Shown here piece by piece: positions 62,327-64,000 of a stretch of DNA of 64,000 nt; position 1 is the stretch's first letter, and each line of letters starts with the position of its first letter. Under the pieces are notes generated by a model. The model had not been told where the DNA came from. It ran no database searches and saw only the letters and a list, made by a program, of their open reading frames with translations. Location of the stretch: the NCBI GenBank assembly GCA_963716725.1, contig CAVQUB010000021.1:384440-448439 (forward strand), written 5' to 3'. The DNA is from an uncultured delta proteobacterium (lineage in GTDB: Bacteria > Myxococcota_A > Polyangia > Polyangiales > Polyangiaceae). The position numbers and the translations under genes are program-made.

Positions 62327-63817
62327 CTAGGCTGACAGGATCTTCCGCATTTGATGCGCGATGTCGGAATCTTCATAGATGGCCTGGATCATCTCAGAAT
62401 ACAGCGCGGTGAATTCCCCGTTATTTGCCAGATCGCCAAAAATAACTTTCAGCCGGAGAAAGGAAAGCGGATCGTCCGCGGTTCCCATTGCGGCCTGATG
62501 CAGTTCATCCTTCATCTCGTCGACGATGTCGAGTTCGACGCCATGCCGGCTCCGGCCTTTATCGCTGTAGAGGCACCATGCGGCGATGACCAGGGTGGCG
62601 TATTTGATACTGCCGCCCTGCGCCAGGTTTTCGTTGATCGTGGGGATCAGGAACTTTGGCAGCTTGGCCGAACTCTCCAGGCAGATGCGTGCCAGGTTGT
62701 CCTTGATGTTCGGGTTTCCAAAGCGCTCGATCAGGCTATCCTTGTAGGCTTCCAGATCGACCCCTTCCACCGGATCGAGTACGGGGGTAGCCTCGATATC
62801 CATGAAACGGCGCAGGTAGGTTGCAAACAGCGGATCCGCCACGCAGCCATGGATGGTTGCATGTCCATGGATCGAGCCGAGCAGCCCGAGGACGGAATGT
62901 CCGGCATTAAGCAAACGGATTTTCATCTTCTCATAGGGCGTGACATCGGCGACGAACTGCGCCCCGACCTTCTCCCACACGGGCCTCCCATTGGAAAAAT
63001 TGTCCTCGATGACCCATTGGGTGAAAGGCTCACAGGTGACCGGCCATGCGTCCTTCAAACCCATTTCGGTACTCAGGTATGCGATATCCTCCGGTGTTGT
63101 CACGGGTGTGATCCGGTCCACCATGGCATTGGGGAAGCACACTTCGCTTTCGATCCACCGCGCAAGCTCGGCATCCTGCTCGTACGCGAAGGCCAGCAGC
63201 ATCTTGCGTGCCATGTCGCCGTTGTGCTGGATGTTGTCGCACGACTGGATGGTGAAGGCCGGGCGCCCCGCGGCGCGGCGTTTCTTGAGCGCGGCGGTCA
63301 GATAACCGAACACCGTCTTCGGGCTGGAGGGATTGTCCAGATCGTGTTGCACATCGGCATTGCCGAAGTCGAACTCGCCGGTGGCGGGGTTGAAGTTATA
63401 GCCCCCTTCGGTGATGGTCAGCGAAACGATCTTGGTGTCTGTATCGGCCATCCTGTCGATGACGGCGTCCGGATCGTCGCAGCCCAGCAGGAAATCGATA
63501 AGCGAACCGATGACGCAGTTCTCAACATCACCCCGGGGATGCCTCACGATCAGTGTGTACAGATAGTCCTGTGCTTTAAGAATGTCGTGCATTTTGCGGT
63601 CGTGCTCGCGCAAGCCCACCCCGCAGATGCCCCAGTCGGAGGCATCGGTTTCGTTCATGAGTGCATGGGTGTAGTAGGCTTCGTGTGATCGATGAAATCC
63701 ACCCACCCCGATATGCACGATACCTGTCTTGAGCTTGCTCCGGTCATAGGATGGGCAAGCGATTTTCTCTGCAAGGAGGGGAAGATTTTCCTGCTTGAGT
63801 TCGATAGTTTCTTTCAT
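62327..63817 (-). CDS. Mannitol dehydrogenase family (polyol-specific long-chain dehydrogenase)
   Basis: IVHIGVGGFHRSH, LTITEGGY, SCDN, NAMVDRITP, KIRLLNAGH; true start MKETIELK. Confidence 0.92.
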   Translation of the reverse strand: MKETIELKQENLPLLAEKIACPSYDRSKLKTGIVHIGVGGFHRSHEAYYTHALMNETDASDWGICGVGLREHDRKMHDILKAQDYLYTLIVRHPRGDVENCVIGSLIDFLLGCDDPDAVIDRMADTDTKIVSLTITEGGYNFNPATGEFDFGNADVQHDLDNPSSPKTVFGYLTAALKKRRAAGRPAFTIQSCDNIQHNGDMARKMLLAFAYEQDAELARWIESEVCFPNAMVDRITPVTTPEDIAYLSTEMGLKDAWPVTCEPFTQWVIEDNFSNGRPVWEKVGAQFVADVTPYEKMKIRLLNAGHSVLGLLGSIHGHATIHGCVADPLFATYLRRFMDIEATPVLDPVEGVDLEAYKDSLIERFGNPNIKDNLARICLESSAKLPKFLIPTINENLAQGGSIKYATLVIAAWCLYSDKGRSRHGVELDIVDEMKDELHQAAMGTADDPLSFLRLKVIFGDLANNGEFTALYSEMIQAIYEDSDIAHQMRKILSA

Positions 63818-63873
63818 AACGAATTCTCTCTTCTGAGGATACTTTGGGTGCTGACAACCTCGTCTCCCCGTTC

Positions 63874-64000
63874 TTAATACGCCACCAAACGCTTGGGAAG
63901 GATCGGGGTCGCGCCCTTTTGCGAGCAGACGAATGCGGCCACACTGTTGGCAAACGAATTGACCTTGTCCAGCGGCCAGCCTTTCAGCAGGCCCATGCAT
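63874..64000 (-). CDS. PfkB-family carbohydrate kinase, C-terminus
   Basis: Manual translation GLLKGWPLDKVNSFANSVAAFVCSQKGATP. Confidence 0.7.
   Translation of the reverse strand, partial: CMGLLKGWPLDKVNSFANSVAAFVCSQKGATPILPKRLVAY

Overview
The window has two parts joined near 5,175. (1) 1-5,175 is very GC-rich DNA: a membrane glycosyltransferase, a GntR/FadR regulator and a GMC oxidoreductase that is cut off abruptly. (2) 5,185-64,000 is the 3' part of guaA (GMP synthase) followed by more than 57 kb of accessory DNA. The main discovery is that this accessory DNA is a tandem array of about 12 cargo modules (about 1.1-12 kb each). They are separated by a conserved ~246-bp element whose centre copies the guaA 3' end (ATCGAGTGGGAGTGA/TAG). 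The core occurs 11 times including guaA itself, and one further junction has lost it. The core is flanked at near-fixed distances by CATGGTAT arm-like repeats and IHF-consensus sites, an architecture like a lambda/P4-type attP. No integrase is encoded in the window. This looks like an integron-like array of non-autonomous cassettes accreted at guaA. Cargo includes Fic x2, RelE/HigB-type TA modules x3, AAA-DUF4143 ATPases x2, oleate hydratases x2, P-type ATPases/CPA2/Mrp remnants, a Zn-uptake set, an ars operon, PLD/AsmA/serine hydrolase, a polyol uptake/catabolism set and many gene remnants. IS elements include an IS4-family element with a DUF4338/DruA-like domain, an IS66 with a methylase nested inside it, an ISKra4-family element, and IS1634, IS91 and IS3 remnants. 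Scattered single-base frameshifts, including several in guaA, suggest an imperfect long-read consensus. Family assignments are from motif recognition by eye, not database searches.
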